Positions 47,356 through 56,947 of a stretch of 64,000 nt of DNA are shown here, one piece after another. The position numbers and the translations under genes were made by a program. Every line of letters starts with the position of its first letter. Position 1 is the first letter of the stretch. The notes under the pieces are model-generated. The model was not told the DNA's origin. It saw nothing but the letters and a program-made list of their open reading frames with translations, and searched no databases. Origin of the DNA: an uncultured bacterium (GTDB lineage Bacteria; Patescibacteriota; Minisyncoccia; UBA6257; GWB1-50-10); NCBI GenBank assembly GCA_963768835.1, contig CAVYJB010000002.1, positions 362,466-426,465 on the forward strand. The letters are read 5' to 3'.

Positions 47356-49092
47356 ATGGCGACTTCTGCGACTAAAAAAATACTCTTGGGCCGTGGCGAC
47401 GATGTAGCGGCGGTCGTAGACCTCGTCATACGCTCCACCGCGGACCAGGTGGTGCTCGTAGTGCCAAAGGGCTCGGTTCTCGGAACCTCGATGCAGAACT
47501 TCAAGGTTCTCGCTCGGGAGGCGATTACCGCACGCAAGACCGTTTCCATTGAATCGTCCGACGAACATATCCGCGAGCTCGCAGGTCTCGCGGATCTTCC
47601 GACGACAAACCCTGTCCGTGTGACTGCGGAGCATGCGTTCTCGGATATTCTTCCCCGTGGAAAATCGACGCGGCTTGCTGTTCCTGCACCGGCCCTCGAA
47701 CCCAAGCCCGAGCCCGCAAGGCCCGTTTCGCCGCCCACACCTGTGGTAGTCTCACCGAAAGCCATTGACTTCTTCGCCGCATCCGCGCCGAAGCCCGAAC
47801 CGAAACCTCGCGTGTCGTTTTTCCGCCGGATCTTCCCGCGGAAAGAGCGGCGGAGCGTTTCTTCATCTGTGCCGCCGGAGCGCATCGCGCCCGCGGCGTC
47901 CAAGCAAGTGCCTTCTCCCGTGGTTTCCTCGCCGAGGAAGCGTCGGAGTCTCCTTCGGCGGGTGGGGACTTTTGGGATTGTTATCGTTGTCCTCGCGGTT
48001 CTGTGGTACGTCGGATTTGTCGTGCTCCCGCAAGCTGTTATCACGATTCAACTTAAGACCACCACCGTGGCCCTCGACCCCACTGTGATTATTTCAAGCG
48101 TGGCGACGGTTGCAGACACGAGTTCGACGCCTCCCGTCGTGCCCGGGGAACTTCTGGTCGCGAAGCGGAACCTCGATATGTCGTTCACGGCCAGCAGTTC
48201 GCAGAATGCGTCGGTCAAGGCCACGGGCCAGCTCATCGTTACGAATTCTTTCAGCGCAGCTCCGCAGATACTCGTTCAGGGCACGCGGTTCGTCTCTCCC
48301 GATGGGCATCTGTTCCGTTTGGATCAGCGGACGGTGATCGCGGGAGAAACCGTCATAAACGGCATCGCCACTTCTTCCCAAACCGTCGTTCAGGTGACGG
48401 CGGACCAGCCCGGAGATGCATGGGATATTGGCCCCTCCACGGGTTGGACGATACCGGGATTTCAGGGCACGCCCCGGTACGCCGCATTCACGGCAGAGTC
48501 TCCGGAGGCCATGATGGGAGGCTTTATCGGGCTCCAAGCGACACCCAGCGCCGCTGATCTCGCGGCGGCGAAGGCGACGGTTGAGGGCGCACTCCGCGAC
48601 TCGCTCCGCCTGCAGATGGGCGTGCTTCTGACCGATCGCTTCAAACTTCTGGATGGCGCTTCGGACTTCAGCGTCACGAACGAAGCCGTACAGCCCGACC
48701 CGAAGGATCCCTCGAAGTTCAGCGTTTTCGCGGATGGCCAGGCGCGCAGTTTCGTGTTCGATGAAAGTGTGCTGAAGGATGTTCTTGCCGCGCGGGCGGG
48801 GAGTTCGCTCGACCCCACGCTTCGTGTGCGATCCGTTGACATCACGTACGGCACGTCGACGCCGGACTTTGACGCGGGAACGTTCACGATCAGCATCACC
48901 GGGACGGCGGTCTTCCAGCCGCCCGTGGACCCGCAGGCCCTCACGCAGGAACTTCTCGGAAAAGACACCAACGCTTTCCGGGCCGCGATGCTCAATGTCC
49001 CGGGTCTCACCACCGCGCATATCGACCTCTCGCCCTTCTGGGTCCTTAATATTCCCCGGGATCCCGCCCGGGTCCACCTGACCATCCAATAG
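47356..49092 (+). CDS. Membrane-anchored baseplate-J/gp47-like protein
   Basis: Cytoplasmic N-domain, Pro-rich linker, TM, then KATG.L...N...L..GTRF...G..F, V.A..PG...I, M.GG, L.PFW...P. Confidence 0.7.
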   Translation: MATSATKKILLGRGDDVAAVVDLVIRSTADQVVLVVPKGSVLGTSMQNFKVLAREAITARKTVSIESSDEHIRELAGLADLPTTNPVRVTAEHAFSDILPRGKSTRLAVPAPALEPKPEPARPVSPPTPVVVSPKAIDFFAASAPKPEPKPRVSFFRRIFPRKERRSVSSSVPPERIAPAASKQVPSPVVSSPRKRRSLLRRVGTFGIVIVVLAVLWYVGFVVLPQAVITIQLKTTTVALDPTVIISSVATVADTSSTPPVVPGELLVAKRNLDMSFTASSSQNASVKATGQLIVTNSFSAAPQILVQGTRFVSPDGHLFRLDQRTVIAGETVINGIATSSQTVVQVTADQPGDAWDIGPSTGWTIPGFQGTPRYAAFTAESPEAMMGGFIGLQATPSAADLAAAKATVEGALRDSLRLQMGVLLTDRFKLLDGASDFSVTNEAVQPDPKDPSKFSVFADGQARSFVFDESVLKDVLAARAGSSLDPTLRVRSVDITYGTSTPDFDAGTFTISITGTAVFQPPVDPQALTQELLGKDTNAFRAAMLNVPGLTTAHIDLSPFWVLNIPRDPARVHLTIQ

Positions 49093-49114
49093 GCCCGCCC
49101 TCCGTCGGCAGGCT

Positions 49115-49143
49115 TGACTTTAAAGCGCACTTTCCCTATGATG
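49115..49143 (+). promoter_or_regulatory. sigma70 promoter for infA
   Basis: TTGACT-17 bp-TATGAT. Confidence 0.7.
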
Positions 49144-49182
49144 CAGTGGCATTGGTGAGGTGGTGCGCAGCCCTGAACGTTA

Positions 49183-49398
49183 ATGTCTGACCAAGAAAAG
49201 CTGGTGCGGGTCGAGGGGGTGGTCGAAGAATCACTACCCGGACTCCTCTTCCGCGTGAAGGTGAACGGGACCACGGTCCTGGGGCACCTCGGGGGGAAAT
49301 TGAAACTGCACCGCATTCGCGTGATTCCCGGTGACCGGGTGGTACTGGAGATGACTCCGTACGACCAGGAGCGCGGGCGGATCGTGCGACGGCTCTAG
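49183..49398 (+). CDS. infA: Translation initiation factor IF-1
   Basis: EG.V.E.LP...F.V, GK.....I....GDRV..E.TPYD..RGRI. Confidence 0.95.
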   Translation: MSDQEKLVRVEGVVEESLPGLLFRVKVNGTTVLGHLGGKLKLHRIRVIPGDRVVLEMTPYDQERGRIVRRL

Positions 49399-49480
49399 GC
49401 GAGCCGCAAGGGGAGGGAAGCGCCCGGAGCGCACCCATGAGCTGCGCTTTTTTATACCGTTCACCAACCGCAACCATTTT

Positions 49481-49594
49481 ATGAAGGTACGTGCGTCCGT
49501 GAAAAAGATTTGTATGAAGTGTAAGACCGTCCGCCGAAAGGGACGGGTGTATGTCATTTGTGTGAACCCCAAGCACAAGCAGCGACAGGGCTAA
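49481..49594 (+). CDS. rpmJ: 50S ribosomal protein bL36
   Basis: [37 protein letters not shown], translated by hand (below the ORF-track cutoff). Confidence 0.97.
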   Translation: MKVRASVKKICMKCKTVRRKGRVYVICVNPKHKQRQG

Positions 49595-49603
49595 CCTACT
49601 CTC

Positions 49604-49987
49604 ATGCGTATCGCCGGCGTCAACATTCCCGATAATAAGCGCATTGATGTGTCTCTTGCGTACCTCTACGGCGTGGGCCGCCCCCTGGCGGTCCGCATTG
49701 TGGAAGCCGCGAAGGTGGATGGAGCGAGACGAGTGAAAGACCTCACGCCGGACGAGGTAAACCGCATCCAGTCCGCGATTGAGCGGAGCTACAAAGTGGA
49801 AGGTGAGCTGCGGCAGCTCGTGAAGCAGAACATCGCGCGCCTCAAGGACATTAAAGCGTATCGCGGCGTACGGCACCTGCGGCGGCTCCCCGTGCGAGGT
49901 CAGCGCACCAAAACGAACTCTCGCACCGTACGCGGGAACGTCCGGAAAACGGCCGGCAGCGGTAAGCGGAAGGTGGAGCTCAAGTAA
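49604..49987 (+). CDS. rpsM: 30S ribosomal protein uS13
   Basis: MRIAGVNIP, YRG.RH...LPVRGQRTKTNSRT. Confidence 0.97.
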   Translation: MRIAGVNIPDNKRIDVSLAYLYGVGRPLAVRIVEAAKVDGARRVKDLTPDEVNRIQSAIERSYKVEGELRQLVKQNIARLKDIKAYRGVRHLRRLPVRGQRTKTNSRTVRGNVRKTAGSGKRKVELK

Positions 49988-49995
49988 CCATCACC

Positions 49996-50448
49996 ATGGG
50001 CAAGAAGAAGGTCATCAAACCGAGTTCGGAAAAGCTCCTCAAGGAGTCGGAGCACGTAGAGGAGGCGGCCGGGAAGGTCCGGGAATCCGTTACCAAGCAC
50101 CGCGTAGAGCGCGGGCGCATCTACATCGCGGCTTCGTTCAACAACACGCTGGTGACCGTGACGGACGAGAAGGGGAACGTCATTACGTGGATGTCGGCGG
50201 GCTCCCTCGGATTCTCCGGCCCCAAGAAAGCTACCCCGTTTGCGGCGTCGAAGGTCGCGGAGGCCATCGCCGAGAAGGTGAAGAAGACGGGCCCCGTGAG
50301 CATCGATGTCTACTTGCGCGGCATCGGGAAGGGGCGGGACGCGGCGGTTCGATCCCTCGCCGCCAAGGGCTTCGACATTCTCTCGGTTCGCGACGTAACG
50401 CCGATTCCGCACAACGGGCCGCGACCCCGGAAGACCCGTCGCGTATAA
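49996..50448 (+). CDS. rpsK: 30S ribosomal protein uS11
   Basis: ASFNNT, KATPFAA, DVTPIPHNGPRP. Confidence 0.97.
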   Translation: MGKKKVIKPSSEKLLKESEHVEEAAGKVRESVTKHRVERGRIYIAASFNNTLVTVTDEKGNVITWMSAGSLGFSGPKKATPFAASKVAEAIAEKVKKTGPVSIDVYLRGIGKGRDAAVRSLAAKGFDILSVRDVTPIPHNGPRPRKTRRV

Positions 50449-50457
50449 TCCATTACC

Positions 50458-51057
50458 ATGCAACCTGTTAAGGAAAAAAAAGAACGGTCGCTCGGAGTGA
50501 AACTCCTCCTCAAGGCGGATCGCTGCAACTCGCCGAAATGCGTGATGGTCCGCCATCCGTACCGGCCCGGCCAGCACGGCCAGCGTCGCCGCACCGTGAC
50601 CGACTACGGGCGGCAGCTTCAGGAGAAGCAGAAAATCCAGTTTTTCTACGGGCTCACGAACCGTCAGATGCGCGAGCTCTTCCGGGGGACGAGTCCCGAG
50701 GTGATTGCGCGGACGCTGCAGCACCGATTGGATCAGGTGGTGTTCGCGATGGGTTTCGCCGGTTCTCCCCGCATCGCGCACCAGTTGGTTTCGCATGGCC
50801 ATATTCATGTCAACGGTCGAAAAGTGACAGTCAGCTCCTATCGTGTTAGGATAGGGGATACCGTCGCGGTGCGTCCGGAGTCTCGAGACCTCAAGGTGTT
50901 CGAGGGAGTCCGGGAGCGCTTGAAAGAGTATACGCCGCCTGCCTGGCTTACGGTGGACACGGCGACCCTTGAGGGTCGCTGCACCGGCGGGGCGGAGGAT
51001 CTCGTAACCCCTTTCCAAGCGAATCTGAACTTGGTCGTTCAGTTCTACGCCCGCTAA
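50458..51057 (+). CDS. rpsD: 30S ribosomal protein uS4
   Basis: PGQHG, YG.QL.EKQK, RLD.VV, QLVSHGHI.VNG. Confidence 0.95.
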   Translation: MQPVKEKKERSLGVKLLLKADRCNSPKCVMVRHPYRPGQHGQRRRTVTDYGRQLQEKQKIQFFYGLTNRQMRELFRGTSPEVIARTLQHRLDQVVFAMGFAGSPRIAHQLVSHGHIHVNGRKVTVSSYRVRIGDTVAVRPESRDLKVFEGVRERLKEYTPPAWLTVDTATLEGRCTGGAEDLVTPFQANLNLVVQFYAR

Positions 51058-51075
51058 TTATTTTTTCTACGTACC

Positions 51076-51825
51076 ATGTACCGCTATTTAAGTGACGCAC
51101 TAGACGTGAAGAAGGTGTCGGAGACCGGCACCCTCGGCGTCTTCCACATCGAAGGTCTCTACGCAGGGTACGGCACAACGATCGGGAACGCCCTTCGGCG
51201 CGCTCTCTTTTCGTCCCTGCCCGGTGCCGCCATCACGCAGATCAAGGTCAAGGGGGTGGACCACGAATTCTCGACGCTTGCCGGCATGACCGAGGACATC
51301 GTGGAGTTCACATTGAACCTGAAGAAGGTTCGCTTCCATTTCTTCGCCGAGGAGCCGCAGGTCCTCACCCTTCATGTAAAAGGGGAAAAGGAGGTAACCG
51401 CCGGCGATATAGATTCCACGGCGATGGTCCAGGTCATGAATTCCGATCTCCATCTCGCGACCCTCACCAAGAAAGGCGCGGACCTCGACATGGAAATCAC
51501 GGTGGAAAAAGGTCTGGGGTATGTCCCGACGGAGGGGCGGCGCCTCGAGCGCCTGCCCGTGGGGAGCATTGTCCTAGATGCGATTTTCTCGCCGGTCCAG
51601 CGGGTCTCGTTCACGGTTGAGAACATGCGTGTCGGCGATCGGACGGATTTCAACCGCGTTATCCTGGAAATTGAGACGGACGGCTCCATGAGCCCCTCTG
51701 AGGCGCTTCATAAATCCGCGAACATCCTGAAGGACCACTTCGAGAAAGTATCGTCCGTCGAAGTCGCCAAGGTTGAAATTAAGTCCGCGAAGCCGGCGGT
51801 GAAGAAGAAGGGTAAGAAGGAGTAA
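51076..51825 (+). CDS. rpoA: RNA polymerase alpha subunit (N-terminal domain only)
   Basis: GYGTTIGNALRR, HEFST, VENMRVG.RTD, ETDG; ends at 249 aa. Confidence 0.95.
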   Translation: MYRYLSDALDVKKVSETGTLGVFHIEGLYAGYGTTIGNALRRALFSSLPGAAITQIKVKGVDHEFSTLAGMTEDIVEFTLNLKKVRFHFFAEEPQVLTLHVKGEKEVTAGDIDSTAMVQVMNSDLHLATLTKKGADLDMEITVEKGLGYVPTEGRRLERLPVGSIVLDAIFSPVQRVSFTVENMRVGDRTDFNRVILEIETDGSMSPSEALHKSANILKDHFEKVSSVEVAKVEIKSAKPAVKKKGKKE

Positions 51826-51833
51826 CCGTTCAT

Positions 51834-52184
51834 ATGCGCCACGGTGTGAAAGGAAAAAAGTTCGGGCGGGAGCGCGGTCCGCGGAGGGCGTTCATGAAGA
51901 CGCTTGCGGGGAACCTCATCCAGCGGGAGCACATTCTCACCACCGAGGCGCGCGCCAAAGCGCTCCGTCCCTTCGTGGAGCGGCTTATCACGCACGGCAA
52001 GCGCCAGAACGTGGCGTCCCTCCGTCTCCTGTTGCAGCGCCTGCCGAAGCAGGCGGCGAACAAGCTTTACTACGATATCGCACCGCGTTACCAGGATCGG
52101 AAGGGAGGCTACACTCGCATCCGGAAGCAGACAAAGCCCCGTGCGCACGATGCGTCGCATATGGCCACTATAGAATTTGTTTAG
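51834..52184 (+). CDS. rplQ: 50S ribosomal protein bL17
   Basis: MRH...K.GR, I.TT.ARAK, GGYTRI. Confidence 0.97.
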   Translation: MRHGVKGKKFGRERGPRRAFMKTLAGNLIQREHILTTEARAKALRPFVERLITHGKRQNVASLRLLLQRLPKQAANKLYYDIAPRYQDRKGGYTRIRKQTKPRAHDASHMATIEFV

Positions 52185-52188
52185 GAAC

Positions 52189-52530
52189 ATGGACTACACC
52201 ATCGACGCTACCAAGAAACCGCTCGGCCGCCTTGCCTCAGAGATATCCGTTATTCTCCAGGGGAAGAAACATCCGCAGTACGATCCCAAGGATGTGGGGA
52301 CGGACCGCGTGATTGTGAAGAATATCGCGGGGGTGGCCCTTACCGGCAAGAAACGCACGCAGAAAATTTACTACCGGCACGCGGGCGCCTTGGGGCATCT
52401 CAAGGAACGGAAGTATCGAGATGTCGCCGCGAAGGACCCGACATGGGCCCTTCGGAATGCCGTGCGGCTCATGCTCCCGAAGAACAAACTGAACGCGAAG
52501 CGCCTCCGCCGAATTATTTTTGAACACTAG
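52189..52530 (+). CDS. rplM: 50S ribosomal protein uL13 (short form)
   Basis: IDA....LGRLAS....LQGK..P.Y.P, AV..MLPKN. Confidence 0.95.
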   Translation: MDYTIDATKKPLGRLASEISVILQGKKHPQYDPKDVGTDRVIVKNIAGVALTGKKRTQKIYYRHAGALGHLKERKYRDVAAKDPTWALRNAVRLMLPKNKLNAKRLRRIIFEH

Positions 52531-52531
52531 C

Positions 52532-52999
52532 ATGGCTCCCACACCTGTCCACAAACCAGTGAAGCCGGTCCACGCGGTGAAGCATGAGAAACCGGAACCT
52601 GTGAAGAAAGAGCGGTACACCGAAGCTATCGGCCGCCGGAAAACCGCCATCGCACGCGTCCGGCTCTATCCCGCGGGCAACGAGAACTCTATCGTAGTGA
52701 ACGACCGTCCGCTGGGAGTATATTTTCCGCTGAAGAAGCATCAGGATGTGGTTCGGGCGCCGTTCCACGCGCTTTCCGTAGAGCACTACAAGGTAACAGT
52801 TCTGGCGACGGGGGGCGGAACATCCGCGCAGGCGGAGGCGGTGCGCCTCGGCATCGCGCGTGTGCTTGTCGCGGGAACGCCCGCCGTGCGGCCGCAACTC
52901 AAGGCTCTTGGATATATGAAGCGCGATCCGCGTATGGTGGAGCGGAAAAAGCCTGGACTCCGCAAAGCACGAAGACCGCAGCAGTGGAGGAAACGGTAA
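52532..52999 (+). CDS. rpsI: 30S ribosomal protein uS9
   Basis: GRRKTAIARV, GGG...QA.A.R.GIAR, RDPR.VERKK.G..KAR...Q..KR. Confidence 0.97.
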   Translation: MAPTPVHKPVKPVHAVKHEKPEPVKKERYTEAIGRRKTAIARVRLYPAGNENSIVVNDRPLGVYFPLKKHQDVVRAPFHALSVEHYKVTVLATGGGTSAQAEAVRLGIARVLVAGTPAVRPQLKALGYMKRDPRMVERKKPGLRKARRPQQWRKR

Positions 53000-53050
53000 A
53001 TCAAAAAGCGCCTTTCGGCGCTACTTGATTTATCTGCCATGCCTCACCTC

Positions 53051-54448
53051 TTATTCTGTGAGATCCACGCGCGTGAGAGCGCCTGAAGAATTCAAAAGGT
53101 AGAGGTCGCTTCCTGCGAGAGCATGAGAAGTGACGTCGGGGAAAAGAACGTATGCGTTCTCAGGCGCTCGAGGATCTACTTCTGTGACCGTGACTCGGTT
53201 ATTCCCTGCGAGCAAAAGATAGTTTGGGAAAGCGGAAGGCCACTCAAGGCTTTCCATTGCCCCGAGACCGGATACAGAGAAACGATACAGCGTGCCTTGG
53301 GGTAGCCGCGTATCTCCTTCGTAATCCGCGAGGACGTAGACGCCGATGTAATCATCATTCGTCAGGTACGCCAGCCGTTTTCCTTCGGGAGAAAAGGCGA
53401 CAGCCTGTATGCCGGACGCCAGTGGCGTAAGGGTTAGAGAGGAGGTGTCGTAGATCTGGAGCATACCGTGGCTGTCCTGAAAAACCAGGTAATTGCTGTC
53501 TGGAGATGCCCAGAGTTCGGTAACCGAGGTTGTGGAGGCGAGAGGGAAAGAAGAGGTCGCAGCCGTTCCTAAAACCAGGTTCAGCGTCAGGAGCTCATTA
53601 CGGTCTGTGACGAGGAAGGCCTTCGTGTTGCTCTCCGCCATGGCTACAAAGCGAGGGGTGACCACGGTCCCGCCCCGCCCCGTCGTCGTGGCGAGCGTCG
53701 CGAGTTCCTGAAGAGCCACGCGGCGGTAGTCCAGGGCGTAGAGAGAGCTTGTGGCTTGGAGAAGCACCTTCTGGAGGCTAAAGGGGTGGAAGGCGAGGTT
53801 TTCCGGCCCTGCGGTTGCCCGAAGGCCAAAGGTACGGCTCCGAAGGGAGTTAAAAAGCCCTTGCAGGTTTACGGCGACTGTTGGGTTCGTGAGATCAATA
53901 AGGAACTCCGTGGTACCTTCCGCCACAACGATGGCATCCGCGTCGGTTCGGGAGAGCACCACGCGGTCACCCCGGAGCGCCTGGGATCCAAGCTGCAAGT
54001 GACCATCCGCATCTTTCAAGACCACCCCCTGGTTTGTGACCCAGAACGCATCCGTGCTAGTTGCAAGAGTGTCCACGGTGAACATCGCAGGCCATAATTT
54101 AATTTCCTGTGCAGCGCTTACGGCGCCTGGGTGCACATCAAGATCCTTCACCCATCCGCGGTAGCCGTCGTGCGTGACGGTCACGTGGTAGCGCCGGGGC
54201 AGGAGATTCTGAAGGAAGACGTCACCCGAGGGAAAGAGCCCGCTGGCATTGTCGACGATATGGCCGTCCAGCGAAACCGTGCTTCCCGCGGGTTCGAAAC
54301 GAAGCGCAATGCCGCCGGTTTGGACAACCCGGAAGTTTGTGAGATCAAAATCCCAGCCGATCGTACGGAGCACGAGGTAGCCGCCGATGAGGAGGAAGGC
54401 TCCCACAGCGACTGCAAAGATGCGGCGATGTCGGCGTTTTTCGTTCAT
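53051..54448 (-). CDS. PEGA-domain, beta-propeller-like membrane-anchored protein
   Basis: TM then G..FD......TGG.....P....V.LDG...L.P..Y.V.V...GY..W.K; FSPEGKRLAY repeat. Confidence 0.8.
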   Translation of the reverse strand: MNEKRRHRRIFAVAVGAFLLIGGYLVLRTIGWDFDLTNFRVVQTGGIALRFEPAGSTVSLDGHIVDNASGLFPSGDVFLQNLLPRRYHVTVTHDGYRGWVKDLDVHPGAVSAAQEIKLWPAMFTVDTLATSTDAFWVTNQGVVLKDADGHLQLGSQALRGDRVVLSRTDADAIVVAEGTTEFLIDLTNPTVAVNLQGLFNSLRSRTFGLRATAGPENLAFHPFSLQKVLLQATSSLYALDYRRVALQELATLATTTGRGGTVVTPRFVAMAESNTKAFLVTDRNELLTLNLVLGTAATSSFPLASTTSVTELWASPDSNYLVFQDSHGMLQIYDTSSLTLTPLASGIQAVAFSPEGKRLAYLTNDDYIGVYVLADYEGDTRLPQGTLYRFSVSGLGAMESLEWPSAFPNYLLLAGNNRVTVTEVDPRAPENAYVLFPDVTSHALAGSDLYLLNSSGALTRVDLTE

Positions 54449-54563
54449 ATTAGCCCTGGTCCCATTCTCTCCGAACGGCGGTTTCACCGCAAGCTTCCCC
54501 GCAAACGAGTACTTTCTTGAACTTCCAAGCTAAAGATAGTAGAGTGAACGGGATTCCAAAACC

Positions 54564-55574
54564 ATGTTCACGCGCAAGATCGGTATCGACCTTGGGACTA
54601 CTAATACTCTCGTCTTTCTTCCAGACCGCGGTATCGTCATCAACGAGCCAACCGTGGTGGCACTCCGGCGCCCCGACAACACCGTGCTTGCCGTGGGAGC
54701 GGAGGCGAAGGAGATGGTCGGCCGCACACCAGACGATATCGTGACCTACCGTCCTCTTAAGGACGGCGTTATCGCGGAGTACTACGTGACGCAGGCGATG
54801 CTCAAATATTTTATTAGCAAGAGCATTGGCGCGTTTAACATCTTTCGTCCGGAGGTGGTCATCTCGGTGCCCGCGGGCATCACTTCCACAGAACACCGCG
54901 CCGTGATGAACGCTTCTAAGGAAGCGGGCGCGCGGGAGGTCTATCTTGTGAAGGAGCCGCTTCTCGCGTCCCTCGGGGCTGGCATTCCCATCCACTCGGC
55001 AGAGGGCAATATGATTGTAAATATAGGAGGCGGTACCACCGAGGTGGCTGTGATATCCCTTGGCGGCATCGTCACGTGGGCGAGCCTGCGCGTGGCCGGA
55101 AACCGTTTCGACCAGGCTATCAGCGACTATATCCGTAAGAAATACGGCCTCGCAATCGGTGAAAACACCGCGGAAAACGTGAAGATTTCGATCGGAACCG
55201 CCATTTCGAACCGCGCGAAAATGGAGATGAAGATACGGGGGAGGGACCTGCCCTCGGGGCTTCCGAAAGACCTCGTCGTGAACTCGAACGAGATTGCCGA
55301 GGCTATTAACCCGCACCTCGTGGAGATCATGAATGCGATCCAGTCCGTTTTTAATGTCACGCCGCCGGAACTCGCCGCCGATATCATGGAAAAGGGCATC
55401 ATCCTTTCGGGAGGGTCGGCGCAGCTTCGCGACATTGAGGAGTTTATCAAGCGCGCGCTCGGCGTCACTGCTTATACCGCGGAGGAACCCATTCTTTGTG
55501 TGGCGAAGGGTACGGCAACCATCCTGAACCATCTCGACGTGTATAAGCGGACGTTATTGAACAAACGTTCTTAG
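54564..55574 (+). CDS. mreB: Rod shape-determining actin-like protein, paralog 1
   Basis: IGIDLGTTN, NEP.VVA, PLKDGVIA, IGGGTTEVAVIS, GI.LSGG. Confidence 0.93.
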   Translation: MFTRKIGIDLGTTNTLVFLPDRGIVINEPTVVALRRPDNTVLAVGAEAKEMVGRTPDDIVTYRPLKDGVIAEYYVTQAMLKYFISKSIGAFNIFRPEVVISVPAGITSTEHRAVMNASKEAGAREVYLVKEPLLASLGAGIPIHSAEGNMIVNIGGGTTEVAVISLGGIVTWASLRVAGNRFDQAISDYIRKKYGLAIGENTAENVKISIGTAISNRAKMEMKIRGRDLPSGLPKDLVVNSNEIAEAINPHLVEIMNAIQSVFNVTPPELAADIMEKGIILSGGSAQLRDIEEFIKRALGVTAYTAEEPILCVAKGTATILNHLDVYKRTLLNKRS

Positions 55575-55585
55575 GTATCAACGGC

Positions 55586-56380
55586 ATGCTTTTCGGCCAC
55601 GATGACAGGATACGGGCGCTCCGGAGTCTCGCTGACCGCGGGGCGCTCTCCCACGCGTACCTTTTCTATGGGGACCGCGGCATCGGGAAAGCCACCGTTG
55701 CCTCCGAGCTCGCGGCCTACATCGAGCGGGGGGACGGAATCACTCCAGACCCACTTCTGGATCTTGAGATCGTGCGACCCGATGCAAAAGGAACAATTGG
55801 CGTCGAGCGGGCGCGCGCCGTACGTCGATTTCTCATGCAGACCCCGTTTCGTTCCCCGCGACGCGTGGTAATTGTAGATGACGCAGAGGCTCTGACGGGG
55901 GAAGCCCAGAGCGCGCTTCTTAAGGTGGTTGAGGAGCCGCCGTCCCACGCGCTTCTTTTCTTTATCGCGCACGAGCCCTCCGCACTTTTTCCGCCGCTTC
56001 TTTCCCGACTTCAGAAAATCTATTTCCGCCGTTTCTCCCGCGCGACCGTCGCGGAGATTCTCCGCGATCATTTCCATGTTCCACCCGCTAAGGCAACAGC
56101 TGCCGCGGAAACATCCTTTGGTTCCCTCGGGCGTGCGCTCGCACTTCTCGGTCTTGCACCGAAGGCGCCCGTGGACCCGGACGCCCCTGAGGATAAATCT
56201 GCAGCGCTCCAGGCCGATATCGAGAACCAAATCCTGTTGCTGCGCCGCCACGGGCTCAGCCGGAACCGGAAACTCATCGCATGGCTGCTGGAGCGGAGCG
56301 CCATGCTCGCTCGGTATCAGCTGAACGTCGGTCTCCAGGCCAAGGCCGTAGCGTACCACATAGAACAGCTCGGAAATTAA
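55586..56380 (+). CDS. holB: DNA polymerase III delta-prime-like subunit
   Basis: HAYLF.G..GIGK, IVDDAE.LT.EAQ.ALLK.VEEPP, SR. Confidence 0.8.
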   Translation: MLFGHDDRIRALRSLADRGALSHAYLFYGDRGIGKATVASELAAYIERGDGITPDPLLDLEIVRPDAKGTIGVERARAVRRFLMQTPFRSPRRVVIVDDAEALTGEAQSALLKVVEEPPSHALLFFIAHEPSALFPPLLSRLQKIYFRRFSRATVAEILRDHFHVPPAKATAAAETSFGSLGRALALLGLAPKAPVDPDAPEDKSAALQADIENQILLLRRHGLSRNRKLIAWLLERSAMLARYQLNVGLQAKAVAYHIEQLGN

Positions 56381-56395
56381 CCCTAAATCCCTCGT

Positions 56396-56947
56396 ATGGA
56401 ACCCATTCTTCAGGAATTTCAAATGAAGACGCAGGCACTTACGGAAAAGCTTCGGGAAGACGCTTCGGGTGTGCGGACAAGCCGCCCCTCCGCGGCCCTT
56501 GTGGAGAACCTCCGTGCGTCTTATTACGACCAGTCAACACCCTTGAAACAGTTGGGGTCTATCAGCGTCATCCCGCCGCGCGAAATCGTTATCCAGGTTT
56601 GGGATAAAGGCGCCGTTCCGGCAGTCGTGAAAGCCGTCGAGGGCGCCGGCATCGGGCTCACCGCGAACACGGAAGGGACCACAATCCGTCTCTTTCTTCC
56701 TGAGCTTTCTCATGAGCGGCGGGAAGAGCTCGTAAAATATGTGCGAAAAATGACTGAGGAGCATCGCATCCAGCTCCGCCACCTTCGAGACGAAGTGAAC
56801 AAGCAGATTCAGCGACAATTGGACGCGGGCGAAGTGAACGAGGATCAGCGGTTTCGGCTGAAGGAGGAGGTGCAGAAGCGGACCGATGCGACGAACGCCG
56901 ACATCGACCGTATCCTTGAGGCAAAAGTGAAGGAAGTCCTCGAATGA
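56396..56947 (+). CDS. frr: Ribosome recycling factor
   Basis: RT.R, YY...TPL.Q, P.L..ERR.EL.K, R..R. Confidence 0.95.
   Translation: MEPILQEFQMKTQALTEKLREDASGVRTSRPSAALVENLRASYYDQSTPLKQLGSISVIPPREIVIQVWDKGAVPAVVKAVEGAGIGLTANTEGTTIRLFLPELSHERREELVKYVRKMTEEHRIQLRHLRDEVNKQIQRQLDAGEVNEDQRFRLKEEVQKRTDATNADIDRILEAKVKEVLE

Noticed and set aside
47356-49092. Prophage or type VI secretion locus
   Set aside because: No other tail, sheath, capsid or tss genes, and the protein is membrane-anchored in housekeeping context.
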